NCBI GenBank assembly: GCA_965213705.1
Contig: OZ243913.1
Location: forward strand, 1,280,001 to 1,344,000
Source: Trueperaceae bacterium
Lineage (GTDB): Bacteria; Deinococcota; Deinococci; Deinococcales; Trueperaceae
Length of the DNA: 64,000 nucleotides
Reading direction: 5' to 3'
The translations under genes and the position numbers were made by a program. The notes beneath the pieces were generated by a model that was given only the letters and a program-made list of their open reading frames with translations, did not search any database and was not told the DNA's origin. Shown one piece after another: positions 29,562 through 39,816 of this stretch. Within the stretch, counting starts at the first letter, position 1. Each line of letters opens with the position of its first letter.

Positions 29562-30557
29562 TCAGTCCAAAAGAGCACTCAGCAACGCCTCGTTCCACCG
29601 CTTGTTGCCCCGGTTGTAGAGCCCAAAGCCCGAGGCATATTCCCAGTAGCCCCAACTGATGCCTCGCGCCTCCGCCTCTTCGCGCAGTTCTCGCGTCCAG
29701 CGGGCCCGAGACGCTACGTCCGCTTTCGAATACGCGCCGAACTCGCCCATGAAAAGAGGCCGGTTGTGGTCCTCGCCCCAGGCCGCCGCGCGGTCCAGAC
29801 GCTCCTGGACCGCCGCCACTTCCTCCTTTGTGCCTTCCCAAACCGTCCCGAGCCAGTCGCTGCCTCCCTCGACCCAGCCCGCGCCCTGGTGGGTGAAGTG
29901 GAAGGGTTCGTAGTTGTGAATCGTCACGATGAGGTTGGGGTCGGCAGGCAGCTCAAGCCCGTCAAGGTCGTCAATCCCGTTCCAGCGTGTCGGGCCGACA
30001 ATGACGGTGCGGGCGGGGTTGCTCTCCCGGACGACGGCCAGGGCCGCGGCGAGGTACTCGTTCCAAACCTCGTTCATCGCGCCGTGCGGCTCGTTGAGGA
30101 GTTCGAACATGATTTGCGGCGGCGCGTCCCGGTAGTGTTCGGCGACTTGTTGCCACAAGGTTAAAAAGCGCTCCTTTTGGCTCGCCGGGTCGAGCATCAG
30201 CGCTTCGAAGTTGTGCATGTCCAGAATAAGGGCAAGGTCGCGGCTGACGGCTTGCTCGACCGCCCAGTCGATGCGCTTAAAAAAAGACGCGTCGATGCCG
30301 TACGGGGCTTCCAAATCGGCGTGGGTCGCCCAGTTGATGGGCAAACGAATAGCACTAAAGCCCGCCTCTTTGACGGTTTCAAAGTCACTCTCGGCTAAGT
30401 AAAGCCCCCACGCGCCTTCGTTCGGGGCCTCGAGCGCGTTCCCAAAGTTGAGGGTGCGCGCCAGAAGTCGATTTTGTGCGAAAGCGTCTTGCGCCCTGGC
30501 GTTTCCCAAAAAGCTCAGCGTGAGCCAAAGCGCAGTGAGAAAAAATCGCACCTTCAT
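29562..30557 (-). CDS. Secreted GH5 endoglucanase
   Basis: NFGNALEAP, IRLPINW, ELLNEP (acid/base), HNYEPFHFTHQGA, MGEFG (nucleophile), WEY. Confidence 0.92.
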   Translation of the reverse strand: MKVRFFLTALWLTLSFLGNARAQDAFAQNRLLARTLNFGNALEAPNEGAWGLYLAESDFETVKEAGFSAIRLPINWATHADLEAPYGIDASFFKRIDWAVEQAVSRDLALILDMHNFEALMLDPASQKERFLTLWQQVAEHYRDAPPQIMFELLNEPHGAMNEVWNEYLAAALAVVRESNPARTVIVGPTRWNGIDDLDGLELPADPNLIVTIHNYEPFHFTHQGAGWVEGGSDWLGTVWEGTKEEVAAVQERLDRAAAWGEDHNRPLFMGEFGAYSKADVASRARWTRELREEAEARGISWGYWEYASGFGLYNRGNKRWNEALLSALLD

Positions 30558-32425
30558 CGGGTTTGCTCCATCGTTAAATCCGTCGTCAAACCGTAACCGA
30601 GGGGGAAAAGGGGCTCGTGGTTCTCGAGCCTTGATAGCGGAACCTGCGCCATCGACGCGGGCCACACGAACGGGAGCTTGCCGCTGAAATCGTAGTCGCC
30701 GAACAGCACCTCCGCTACACCTTGTCCTTCGGTGCCGGGCAGCCAGGCGGCGACAAGGGCGTCGCAGAGCGGCAGTTGCTCGGTGAGGATGAGCGGGCGA
30801 CCCGAGAAGAGGACTATCGCGAGCTTGTCGCAGTGCGGGCGGACGCGCTCCAACAGGGTGATTTGTTCGGGGCGCAAATGTAAGTCTTCTTTGTCCCCCA
30901 TGCCCTCGGCGTAGGGTTCTTCAGCCAAGACGACCAGCCCGACCTCGGCGCGGGTGTCGAAGTCGCCGTCGGCGCGGTAAGAGATTTCGGCGTCGGGGGC
31001 GACGGCTTTCACGCCTTCTAAAAGGGTTGTGCCGGGCGCAATCGGCCCCGGCCCGCCCATCCAGGTGACCGTCCAGCCGCCGCACTGGTAGCCGACATCG
31101 TTAGCGGCTCTTCCGGCTAAGAGTAAGGCTTGCTTTTTCTCGAGCGGAAGTGCGGACTCGTTTTTGAGCAAGACGAGCGACTTACGCACGGCTTCTTTGG
31201 CTACCTTCCGGTGCTCGGCAGAACCGACTTTTTCGAGGAGTCCCGGCGGTGTGCCGGTCTCTTCAAACATCCCCAAACGCGCTTTGACGTAGAGAATCCG
31301 GCTCGCCGCGTCGTCGATACGCGCTAAAGGCACATCGCCTTGATTGACTGCCTTTTGCAACGTCTCCATAAACCGCTCGAAGCGAAACGGCACCATCACC
31401 ATGTCGATGCCCGCGTTGACGGCCTGCACCACGCTGTCGTAAAAGTCGTCGGGGGAGATTTGGTCGACGCCTTCCCAATCGGTGACGACGAAGCCCTCGA
31501 AGCCCAGTTCGTTCTTGAGCACCTCGGTCAAAAGATAACGGTGCGCGTGCAGCTTGAGGCCGTCCCAAGAGCTATAAGACGCCATCACGCTGAGCGCGCC
31601 TGCTTTAATGGCGGCCTCGTAAGGCGGCAGGTGGACGCGGCGCAGTTCGGCCTCGTCGATGTCGCTGCTGCCCTGGTCGAGCTGCCACGCGCCCTCGGTG
31701 ACGAGCTTCGAAAACGACGCGTCAAGGTTCGCGTTGGCGAGCGTTTGATCGATTTGGAGCGCCGCGCGATCAACGCGTTTTGACGTTCCCCAGGTGGTCG
31801 CGCCGTCGGCGACGTAGTGTTTGATGCAGGCGAGGACGGAGGTAGGCTCACTCAAACTGTCGCCTTGCAAGCCGGTAAGAAACGCCGTCGCCAGTTCGCT
31901 GACAATCGCCGTGTCTTGGCTGTAGCCTTCAAAAGCGCGGCCCCAGCGAACGTCTTGCGGCACGGAAACGGCGGGCGCGAAGTCCCAGCGCACGCCGACC
32001 GCGCTCGTCTCGAGCGCCGTCACCCGCCCGACGCGCCGCACCAAGTCGGGGTCGCGGGTCGCGCCCAAACCGATGTTGTGCGGTAGTATCGTCGCGCCGA
32101 CCATGTTGTTGTGGCCGTGGACGGCGTCCGAGCCGTAGAGCAGGGGGATCTTGAGGCGGCTTTGAAGCGCTGCGCGCTGGAAGCCTTGCACCATCAAAAG
32201 CCAAGCTTCGGGGTTGTTCGGCTCGGGGTTACCGCCGCCGCCCGACAGAACCGAGCCAATGCCGTGCTTAGCGACATCCTCCGGCGTGAGGCTGTTCTTT
32301 TCCACTTGCGTCATCTGCGCGATTTTTTCGGGCAGGGTCATCTGGCTGAGGAGTTGGGTGGCTGTGTCAATGGCTGAGGCTCGAGCCGTCTCCACTGCCT
32401 TCTCAGAAACCTCTAGGGTGCTCAC
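30554..32425 (-). CDS. Cytoplasmic GH3 beta-glucosidase
   Basis: EKIAQMTQ, DAVHGHNN, RWGR, KHY, VTDW, LVLLKN. Confidence 0.93.
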   Translation of the reverse strand: MSTLEVSEKAVETARASAIDTATQLLSQMTLPEKIAQMTQVEKNSLTPEDVAKHGIGSVLSGGGGNPEPNNPEAWLLMVQGFQRAALQSRLKIPLLYGSDAVHGHNNMVGATILPHNIGLGATRDPDLVRRVGRVTALETSAVGVRWDFAPAVSVPQDVRWGRAFEGYSQDTAIVSELATAFLTGLQGDSLSEPTSVLACIKHYVADGATTWGTSKRVDRAALQIDQTLANANLDASFSKLVTEGAWQLDQGSSDIDEAELRRVHLPPYEAAIKAGALSVMASYSSWDGLKLHAHRYLLTEVLKNELGFEGFVVTDWEGVDQISPDDFYDSVVQAVNAGIDMVMVPFRFERFMETLQKAVNQGDVPLARIDDAASRILYVKARLGMFEETGTPPGLLEKVGSAEHRKVAKEAVRKSLVLLKNESALPLEKKQALLLAGRAANDVGYQCGGWTVTWMGGPGPIAPGTTLLEGVKAVAPDAEISYRADGDFDTRAEVGLVVLAEEPYAEGMGDKEDLHLRPEQITLLERVRPHCDKLAIVLFSGRPLILTEQLPLCDALVAAWLPGTEGQGVAEVLFGDYDFSGKLPFVWPASMAQVPLSRLENHEPLFPLGYGLTTDLTMEQTR

Positions 32426-32444
32426 AGCACTCCTTCGTAAACGC

Positions 32445-33521
32445 TCACTTGTCCCCCGTCAGCACCACGCCCTGCATAAAGAAGCGCTGCGCGAAAAAGA
32501 AAATGGTCAAGGGAATAATCATGGTGAGAACCGAGGCGGCCTGGATAAGCTGCGGCTCCGAGCTGTACAGTCCGTTAAAGCGGAACAGTCCGACCGCAAT
32601 CGGCAGCAAATCCGCGCTGCCCGCTAAGTAGATGAGCGGCCCGAAAAAGTCGTTCCAGGCGAAGAAAAAGTGAAACAGCGCCACCGCGATGAGAGCCGGG
32701 ACCGCCTGCGGCAAGATCACCGAGGTAAAAACGCGAATCGGCCCCGCGCCGTCAATGCGCGCCGCCTCTTCGATGGAGGTGGGAATCGTCAAAAAGTATT
32801 GGCGCAGCAAAAACACGTTGTAAGCGTTCGAGAAAAACTGCGGCACGATTAACGGTAGCCAGGTTCCCACCCAGCCGATGCGGAAAAAGAAGGCGTAGGT
32901 CGGCACCAGCGTGACCTGCGGCGGCAAGATGATGGTCGAAATCAGGATGATGAACAGGACGCCCTTGAAGGGAAACCGGAACCTTGCGAAGCCGTAGGCG
33001 ACGATGGCCGCCGAAAAGGTCGCCGCCACGGTGGTGATGCTCGCGTACATGAGGGTGTTGCCGAGCAACCGCAGAAACTTGATGAAGGTGAAGGCTTTGG
33101 GATAGTTGCTCCACTCGAGCGCCAAATTATAAGCCGGCGTCAGCGTGCGCCAGCGCCCTTCCCAGGTGATTTCGCCCGCCTCGGGATTTTTGGGGTCGAC
33201 AAAGGTGCTCGAGTCCCGTCCCTTTTGCAGGAGCGCCAAGGGCTTCGTGCCTTCTTCCGTCGGCACTTCATACACGTCATAGTTTTTGCCTTGGTACTCG
33301 AACGTCTCCGCCGAAGCGGGCAGAATGGGCGCGTTGATGTCTGAGTTCTGCCCCTTGGTTTTGAGCGACGTCAGCACGCTGTAGCCGAGCGGCATGAGGT
33401 ACAAAAACAAAATCACGAGTGCGAGCGAGGTGAGTAGCGTGCGCGTGATGAGGGTGCGCTGAAGCTTGCTCATGTTTTCGCTCGAGCGCTCTTTTCTGGA
33501 GGTCGTTACCGTCGTCGCCAT
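32445..33521 (-). CDS. Carbohydrate ABC permease (MalG-like)
   Basis: IEEAARIDGAG EAA loop. Confidence 0.92.
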   Translation of the reverse strand: MATTVTTSRKERSSENMSKLQRTLITRTLLTSLALVILFLYLMPLGYSVLTSLKTKGQNSDINAPILPASAETFEYQGKNYDVYEVPTEEGTKPLALLQKGRDSSTFVDPKNPEAGEITWEGRWRTLTPAYNLALEWSNYPKAFTFIKFLRLLGNTLMYASITTVAATFSAAIVAYGFARFRFPFKGVLFIILISTIILPPQVTLVPTYAFFFRIGWVGTWLPLIVPQFFSNAYNVFLLRQYFLTIPTSIEEAARIDGAGPIRVFTSVILPQAVPALIAVALFHFFFAWNDFFGPLIYLAGSADLLPIAVGLFRFNGLYSSEPQLIQAASVLTMIIPLTIFFFAQRFFMQGVVLTGDK

Positions 33522-33522
33522 T

Positions 33523-34503
33523 CTAACGGCCGTCCGCCGCGTAGTAGACCCAGCGCCGCGCCGTGCCAAAAAGTAAAAGCGTGATAGCGATGGCAATTAA
33601 AAACATGAACCAGGCAATCGCCGAGCCATAGCCCATGTTGAGAAATCCGAAGGCTTGTTTGAAAAAATGAATCATGTAAAAGTAGGTCGCCCCTTGCGGG
33701 TAGCCCGAGCCGTTGGTGAGCACGTACGGCGTAATAAAATATTGCAACAGCCCGATGACGCCGAGAACCAGGTTGTAAAAAATGACCGGCGAGACCATTG
33801 GAAAGGTGATGCTCCAGAGTTGCCGCCACCAGTTCGCGCCGTCGATGGTCGAGGCCTCGTACAGTTCGGTCGGCACACCTTGCAACGCCGCCAAGTTGTA
33901 CAAAATCGCGTTGCCGATGCCCCACAAACCAATCATGGTGTAAGCCAAATAGACGAGCCAAGGGTCGTCCAGCCAGCGGATCCCGTTCGGCCCCGCCGCG
34001 TCGAACCCGGTCAAACCCTCGATGAGCCGGTTCAGCCAGCCCGTCGTCGGGTTGAGCACACCCGACCAGATGAGCACCCCCGCCACAGCGGGCACCATCA
34101 CCGGCGCATAAAAAAGCGTGCGAAACACGTTCTTGCCGAGCAGGTGTTTCGAATTGAGCAAAATAGCCAGAAAAAAAGCCGAGAGCATCCCGATAGGTAG
34201 CGAGATGAGCGCGAACTTAAAGGTAACACCCAAGGCCTGCCACACGAGCGGGTCTTCAAACAGTAGCCGCCGCCAGTTGGCGAGGCCCACAAACCTAGCT
34301 GGCTCGGGCGAGGCCAGCTGAAAGTCGTAGAGCGAAAACACAAACGAGGCGACCATCGGGATGAGGTAAAACAGTACGAAGCCGACGATCCACAAACCTA
34401 TAAAAGCGTAGCCCCAACGCGCCTCCCGGCGAGCAAGCTTGCCCATTTTCTCGCGCTTGCCGCCCTGGCGGTTGCGCCGCACTTCGTCTAACAACATAGC
34501 CAT
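33523..34503 (-). CDS. Carbohydrate ABC permease (MalF-like)
   Basis: LYEASTIDGA EAA loop; AGGAGG RBS before 34503. Confidence 0.92.
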   Translation of the reverse strand: MAMLLDEVRRNRQGGKREKMGKLARREARWGYAFIGLWIVGFVLFYLIPMVASFVFSLYDFQLASPEPARFVGLANWRRLLFEDPLVWQALGVTFKFALISLPIGMLSAFFLAILLNSKHLLGKNVFRTLFYAPVMVPAVAGVLIWSGVLNPTTGWLNRLIEGLTGFDAAGPNGIRWLDDPWLVYLAYTMIGLWGIGNAILYNLAALQGVPTELYEASTIDGANWWRQLWSITFPMVSPVIFYNLVLGVIGLLQYFITPYVLTNGSGYPQGATYFYMIHFFKQAFGFLNMGYGSAIAWFMFLIAIAITLLLFGTARRWVYYAADGR

Positions 34504-34532
34504 GCCGACCTCCTGTAGAAGCTGTGCCGGAC

Positions 34533-34559
34533 GAGCAGGTGCCGCGTCGGCACCTGCTC
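34533..34559 (-). terminator. Intercistronic stem-loop after the SBP gene
   Basis: GAGCAGGTGCCG-3nt-CGGCACCTGCTC. Confidence 0.6.
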
Positions 34560-34569
34560 TTTGAATCAC

Positions 34570-35925
34570 CTAGTTACGGTTGGCGTCGAAGATGCGTTGT
34601 AGGTCGGCTCTCAACAGCTCCAACTCGGCGTCGATGTCGAAGTTGGGTTCGTTTTCCAGAGCTTGTGTAAAGGTGGCGTAGCGGTCTTTGGCTTCGCGGT
34701 AGCCGGGCATTCCTTCTTCGTGGTTCGGTGTGTCAGGATGGCTCAAGCCCGCAGCGACAATGTCCCAGTTCACGTCTTGGTCGGGAAACTTTTCCGCGGC
34801 GTACTGCTCGAAAAACGAGTCCTGAAGGCTGATGCGCGCGGGCATCCCGCCGTAGATGCTGGCGAGCCGACCCGCAACTTCTGGGCTGAGGAGGTAGGTG
34901 AGGACGGTGAACGCCGCTTCGGGGTTCTTGGCGCTCTTCAAAATTCCGAAGGTGTCGGCGTGCAGTTTGGCGGTTGCTTCACCGTTGTAGGTCGGCACGG
35001 GGGCCACGTCCCAATCGGCTTGTAGCGAGGTCAGGCAGCAAGAGAGGTACCACAGGTGCGTTTCCGCCATCGCCAAGTTGCCCGAGTCGAACCAGTTGCC
35101 GTCACCCAACAGCGCGCTGCCGCCGTAGGGACCGTTCGGGTAAAAGTCGTCCGTCCACATGGCGTCTTGGTACCACTGAAAAGCGGTGCGCCAGTTGTTC
35201 GGGATGACGGCGTTACCTTCGCTGTCGACAAAGTTGCCGGGGCCGAACAGCGTGGCGCGGCCGCGCAGGTCGGTATACATGTAGCCGAAACCCCACTGCA
35301 CGATGTTGTTGGGGTCGAAGGCCTCGCTCGTGGCGTCGTTGCCGTCGGCGTCGACGGTAAGTTTCATGGCGAGGTCGCGTAGGGTGCCGACATTCCACTC
35401 CTGCTCGTCACCGTTTTCGTCGACGTAGGGCGCGCCGTACTCGGACGGCGGGTAAGGCAGACCAGCCTCGTCGAACAGGTCTTTGTTGTAGGTCATGAAC
35501 GACGGGAAAACCGCAAACGGAATCCCAAGTTGACCTGCATTCTCAAGCTTGTAAAAGTCCACCAGGGCCGGGTCGAAGTCGCTCAGGTCATAGTTGGTCG
35601 CCTCGATGTAGGGGCTTAAGTCCGTCCAGGCACCGGGAAAGGCGGCGCGGCCCTGAATGCCCACCGGGCCGACCAAGTCGGGCGCGTTGCCGGCGGAGAT
35701 TTGGGTGGCGAGCACGTCCTGAGACTGGTCGGAGTCGACGATTTCCAAGACGAGTTCGATGTCGTTTTGCGAGGCGTTGAACTCGTCGACGATTTGCCGC
35801 TGCGCAGCGAAGGTAGGCTCGTCGCTGCCGGCACCCAGACCCACGAACCACCGCACCTCGGTCTGGGCCAGGGCCGCACTCCCTAACAGCGCACTTAGCA
35901 ATCCCAGTAAAACGAACTTTTTCAT
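34570..35925 (-). CDS. Oligosaccharide ABC solute-binding protein
   Basis: Signal peptide ending ALA; YNKDLFDEAGLPYP. Confidence 0.92.
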   Translation of the reverse strand: MKKFVLLGLLSALLGSAALAQTEVRWFVGLGAGSDEPTFAAQRQIVDEFNASQNDIELVLEIVDSDQSQDVLATQISAGNAPDLVGPVGIQGRAAFPGAWTDLSPYIEATNYDLSDFDPALVDFYKLENAGQLGIPFAVFPSFMTYNKDLFDEAGLPYPPSEYGAPYVDENGDEQEWNVGTLRDLAMKLTVDADGNDATSEAFDPNNIVQWGFGYMYTDLRGRATLFGPGNFVDSEGNAVIPNNWRTAFQWYQDAMWTDDFYPNGPYGGSALLGDGNWFDSGNLAMAETHLWYLSCCLTSLQADWDVAPVPTYNGEATAKLHADTFGILKSAKNPEAAFTVLTYLLSPEVAGRLASIYGGMPARISLQDSFFEQYAAEKFPDQDVNWDIVAAGLSHPDTPNHEEGMPGYREAKDRYATFTQALENEPNFDIDAELELLRADLQRIFDANRN

Positions 35926-35985
35926 TCATTACCTTTCCGCCCCCGGCGTTTGCAGGAGCCAATCATCTTGTGACCGAAACCGCCA

Positions 35986-36990
35986 CTAGCGAACAGTCTC
36001 TACGGACGCTCTCACAACCAGTTCGGGCTCAAACTTGTGCTTCACCTCCGTTTCTTCACGTTGCAACGTCGCTACGGCAAGCCGAGCCGCCGTTTGACCC
36101 ATTTCGTAAAGCGGCTGGCGGACGGTTGTCAGGGCCGGGGACAAGTAACGCGCGAACAGCACGTCGTCGTAGCCGACCAGAGAAACATCTTGTGGGACGC
36201 GGCAACCCGCTTGACGCAAGGCCGTAAGCGCGCCCAGCGCCATCTGGTCGTTGCCGACGAAGACCGCGCTGATACCGGTGTTACGCGCCAACAACTGCGT
36301 CATGGCAAGCTGTCCGCCCGCCTCGGCAAAGTCGCCTTCGACGACCAAAAGCTCGTCGAAAGACAGGCCGTTTGCTTGGAGCGCGCGGCGGTAGCCCCGG
36401 AGCCGGGCCCGGCTGTCTTGTATCCAGAGCGGCCCCGCGACATGCGCGACGCGCCGGTGGCCGTGGTCGATGAGGTGCTGCGTCGCCAAAAAGCCACCCT
36501 GCTCGTTGTCCAGGTACACGCAACGGCCCTTCAACTCGGCCACGTCGCGTCCGAAAACGATGAGCGGCGGGCCGGTTTTGGCCCAACGCAGTAAATCGTC
36601 GTCGCTGGCGGCGTCGACCTGCACAATGATCGCGTCCGAGCGGCGTTGCCGCAAGAAAGCTACGGCTTCTCGCTCCTTGTTCGCGTCGGCATGGCCGCTC
36701 GAGACCAGCAGGTGCCCACCCGCTTCTTCGACCACCACTTCGACGCCGCCAATCAGCCCGGCGTAGTAGGGGCTCGAGATTTCGTTCAGGACCACGCCGA
36801 TGCCGCCCGAGCGGTTGGTCACCAGGCCGCGCGCGAACACGTTCGGCTGGTAGTTGAGCTCTTTGACCGCGTCCAGCACGCGCCGGCGAGTGTCGTCCGC
36901 GACGGGAACCGTCTCGTTCAGCACCCTCGAGACCGTCGAGGGGGACACGTGGGCGCGGCGAGACACCTCCTTGATGGTCGGCATCGACAC
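35986..36990 (-). CDS. LacI-family transcriptional regulator
   Basis: TIKEVSRRAHVSPSTVSRVLN, YQPN, VPQDVSLVGYDD, LTTVRQP. Confidence 0.95.
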   Translation of the reverse strand: MSMPTIKEVSRRAHVSPSTVSRVLNETVPVADDTRRRVLDAVKELNYQPNVFARGLVTNRSGGIGVVLNEISSPYYAGLIGGVEVVVEEAGGHLLVSSGHADANKEREAVAFLRQRRSDAIIVQVDAASDDDLLRWAKTGPPLIVFGRDVAELKGRCVYLDNEQGGFLATQHLIDHGHRRVAHVAGPLWIQDSRARLRGYRRALQANGLSFDELLVVEGDFAEAGGQLAMTQLLARNTGISAVFVGNDQMALGALTALRQAGCRVPQDVSLVGYDDVLFARYLSPALTTVRQPLYEMGQTAARLAVATLQREETEVKHKFEPELVVRASVETVR

Positions 36991-36992
36991 TC

Positions 36993-37044
36993 CTTATGAA
37001 ATCGCTTTCATAAGAATTTAGAACACCCGGACCGGGTTTGTCAA
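36993..37044 (-). promoter_or_regulatory. LacI operator and promoter of the beta-glucan operon
   Basis: Palindrome CTTATGAAA-TCGC-TTTCATAAG (36993-37014) with central CG; minus-strand TTGACA at 37044-37039 and TAAATT at 37020-37015. Confidence 0.8.
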
Positions 37045-37324
37045 GAACCTAAACGTTCCTAAACTTCACACAGCTCAAGACAGGAGCCTTTACACCTTTA
37101 GGAAACCTTCGACCTCGCCAGCGGCAAGCAGGTTGCAAACAGCTGAAACGCCTATTGCGCACATTAGAGTGTTTTTTGGCGTGGCACCGTCGGTAAAAAA
37201 AACGGGTACCGGAAATTTTTTTGCACCGTCGACCCAGATCGGCAGGTAACTTTTTGCAGAGAAAGGAAGCACACGGATTTAACAAGTGGCGCGTCCACCA
37301 GCGAGGGAACCGTTTGACTTTTTG

Positions 37325-37622
37325 ACGTGGGCATCAGCCAAGCACCTTTGGACGCGGACTTGAAAGTTCATTAGGGCTGGGAACAAGAACTTGCGGAGCG
37401 GACGATCCGGTCCTCAGCGCGGTCGCTGCCAACCTCGCCCGACTGGCGACGGCGTTACACACCAACCCGATTGATGGTTCAAAGGTAATCAGCCTTCTCA
37501 GGCAACTCGCCGACAAGACGACCGCCGCAGCTTAGGGGTCTGACTTCGACGCCGACACGGCAGACAGTTTGCAAAACCCCGGCTCGGCCCTTTCTCAAGT
37601 AAGCCGTCAGCTGTCCGGCTGA
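37325..37622 (+). pseudogene. Degraded helical hypothetical-protein gene
   Basis: GISQAPLD...*GWEQELA / DDPVLSAVAANLARLATAL...LLRQLADKTTAAA*..., with stops and a frameshift. Confidence 0.35.
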
Positions 37623-37745
37623 CCATTGGTCTCGGAACGTCAAAGAGGGTGTTTTGCTGGTCGTACCTGTTTGAAATTTTGTCAAGTGCGCCCGCTGGTT
37701 CTCTAGCGCCGGAGCGCGGCTGCCATCTCCCCAGCTAGTCGAGCG

Positions 37746-38510
37746 TCAGCAACTAAGTCGCGTCAACTCGAACACGGTTTTCAACGCCTCGAGCGGGTCG
37801 CCTTTGGGAATAAACTCGTGACCGACGAATCCTTCGTATCCTGTTGCCGCAATGGCCTCGAATACGGCGTCGTAAGCGATTTCTTGCTGACGGTCGAGGT
37901 CGTGCCGGCCCGGATTACCCGCTGTGTGGTAGTGAGCGATATAGGGATGATGACTTTTGATGGTCCGGATGAGGTCGCCCTCCATCACTTGCATGTGGTA
38001 CACGTCGTAAAGCAACTTCAAGCTTGGAGACGCTACGGCTTTGCAAACTTCCAGACCCCAGCGGCTGCTGTCGGCTTGGTAGTCCGGGTGGTCGACTTTG
38101 CTGTTGAGCAGCTCGAGCACGAGGACCACTCCCGCCTGTTCTGCCAGAGGCACCAGTTCAAGCAAATTCGCAACGGCGTTTTCGATACCGACCGCGTCGC
38201 TCAAACCCTCACGGTTGCCCGAAAAACAAATGAGGTGTGGCACGGACCATGTTCGCGCCAGCTCGAGCTTGGTTTCGAGTTCTCTTTTCAGCAGCGGCAG
38301 GTTCTCGGTGCGGTTAAGGCCCTCTGGAGCCAACGGGTGCGCTTGGGTATTGAGGATGGTAAGTCCGTGGTCTTTGACAAGTTGCCAGTGTTCTCGCGGC
38401 GGCATTTCCACGGCCGCGTAACCGACGTCGGCAGCGGCGCGGACAAGCTTCGACGCTGCCAATCCCGTTCCGGCAAAGCTCCACCAGGCAAAACTCTGGC
38501 GCAAGCTCAC
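37746..38510 (-). CDS. Hydroxypyruvate isomerase (Hyi)-family TIM barrel protein
   Basis: ICFSGNR, LELLNSKVDHPDY, LYDVYHMQVMEGD, HYHTAGNPGRH, GHEF. Confidence 0.88.
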   Translation of the reverse strand: MSLRQSFAWWSFAGTGLAASKLVRAAADVGYAAVEMPPREHWQLVKDHGLTILNTQAHPLAPEGLNRTENLPLLKRELETKLELARTWSVPHLICFSGNREGLSDAVGIENAVANLLELVPLAEQAGVVLVLELLNSKVDHPDYQADSSRWGLEVCKAVASPSLKLLYDVYHMQVMEGDLIRTIKSHHPYIAHYHTAGNPGRHDLDRQQEIAYDAVFEAIAATGYEGFVGHEFIPKGDPLEALKTVFELTRLSC

Positions 38511-39553
38511 AGCTCGGCCCAGTCGAAAACGACTCCCATCGCCGCCATGCGGTCGTTTTGGAGCAAGTCATAGGCTTGGGTGACTTCTTGAGGTTTAAAG
38601 CGGTGCGTTACGAGGTGGAGCACTTTCATGTCGCCGCGTGCCAGATATTTAAAAAATAGTTGTGTCATCTGCTGGCTATCCCAGTAAGCATGGTCGCTAG
38701 ACCGACTGGGCGGGTCGCTGTCGTGTGCACCGACGATGCTCAGTCCGCGGGTCACAAGGTCGGGGGTGAGGCGTTGCTGCGCCGGCCTGCCAGTGTCGCC
38801 CAGAAGTACGAAGGTGCCGAAGCGTTTCGTCAAAGGCAAGGCTTGCTCGAGCACCTGCGGCGCGCCTGTCACGTCGTAAACCGCGTCGGCACCTTGACCG
38901 TGGGTAAGGTCCATCACTTCGTCGTAGGCTTCGGCGACCCCTTTTTTCAAAAGGGCTGTCGCACCGCTCTCTTTTGCCAGCCCGAGTCGAGTTTCGGAGA
39001 AGTCTATCGCCATGACCTCACGGGCACCCGAGAGCCGCAGGTACTGAACGACCAGTTGTCCCAACAAACCCAGCCCGACGACCACTAATCGCTCGCCCAA
39101 AACATGCGCGGCGCGGCGCACACCATTCTGAACAATTTTTGCGAGTGCGAAAAAGGTGGCGTCCTCGCTAGCAACACTTTCAGGTATAAAGAAGAGGTTA
39201 TCCTCTGTGACCGTCACAAACTGATGATGCGGTTTGCGAACTGCCACACGAGCACCGATTTCGACCGTGCGAACACGCTCACCAAGTTCTGTTACCTCAC
39301 CGACCAAGCTGTAGCCTGGTGCGAACGGATAGCGGACCCAACGGTCCCAGTGGGTTCCGGGGTCGAAGTTGCGGGTGTAACAAATCATCTCCGTTCCCGT
39401 ACTGATCAGGGACTTAATCCCTTTGACTCGAACCTCGTCAGGTTTTAGGGGGACGAGCGGCTCGGGCTTCAGTTCGGAGGCCTGCATTCCCGTAAAGTAG
39501 ATATTGTGAGATGACTCCTTTGCCGCCACGGCGCGTTCCTTTCGACCCGGCAC
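38507..39553 (-). CDS. Medium-chain (zinc-binding type) sugar-alcohol dehydrogenase
   Basis: SLISTGTE, PGYSLVG, GLGLLG Rossmann motif, VYDVTG. Confidence 0.85.
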   Translation of the reverse strand: MPGRKERAVAAKESSHNIYFTGMQASELKPEPLVPLKPDEVRVKGIKSLISTGTEMICYTRNFDPGTHWDRWVRYPFAPGYSLVGEVTELGERVRTVEIGARVAVRKPHHQFVTVTEDNLFFIPESVASEDATFFALAKIVQNGVRRAAHVLGERLVVVGLGLLGQLVVQYLRLSGAREVMAIDFSETRLGLAKESGATALLKKGVAEAYDEVMDLTHGQGADAVYDVTGAPQVLEQALPLTKRFGTFVLLGDTGRPAQQRLTPDLVTRGLSIVGAHDSDPPSRSSDHAYWDSQQMTQLFFKYLARGDMKVLHLVTHRFKPQEVTQAYDLLQNDRMAAMGVVFDWAEL

Positions 39554-39816
39554 CCATCCAGAAGACTTCTTTGCAACAAATTCATTTGACTAAAGTCAGC
39601 ATGTGCCCGAATGCTTGAGTGCAAGAATGTACCGCATGGCGTCGTCCTTTCCTAGCCGTTGATGCGAAGCGGGCGCTAAAGCCAGCTATCAACGCTTGGG
39701 CTAGACTGTTATACTGACCCAGCTCAAAACATAGTTGCTCAGTGGCTAAGGCTCGACGAGGTTTTAGTATACACCCGAACCCGCCCGAACCTACCGGTTA
39801 TTAAAGGAGGAAGAAG

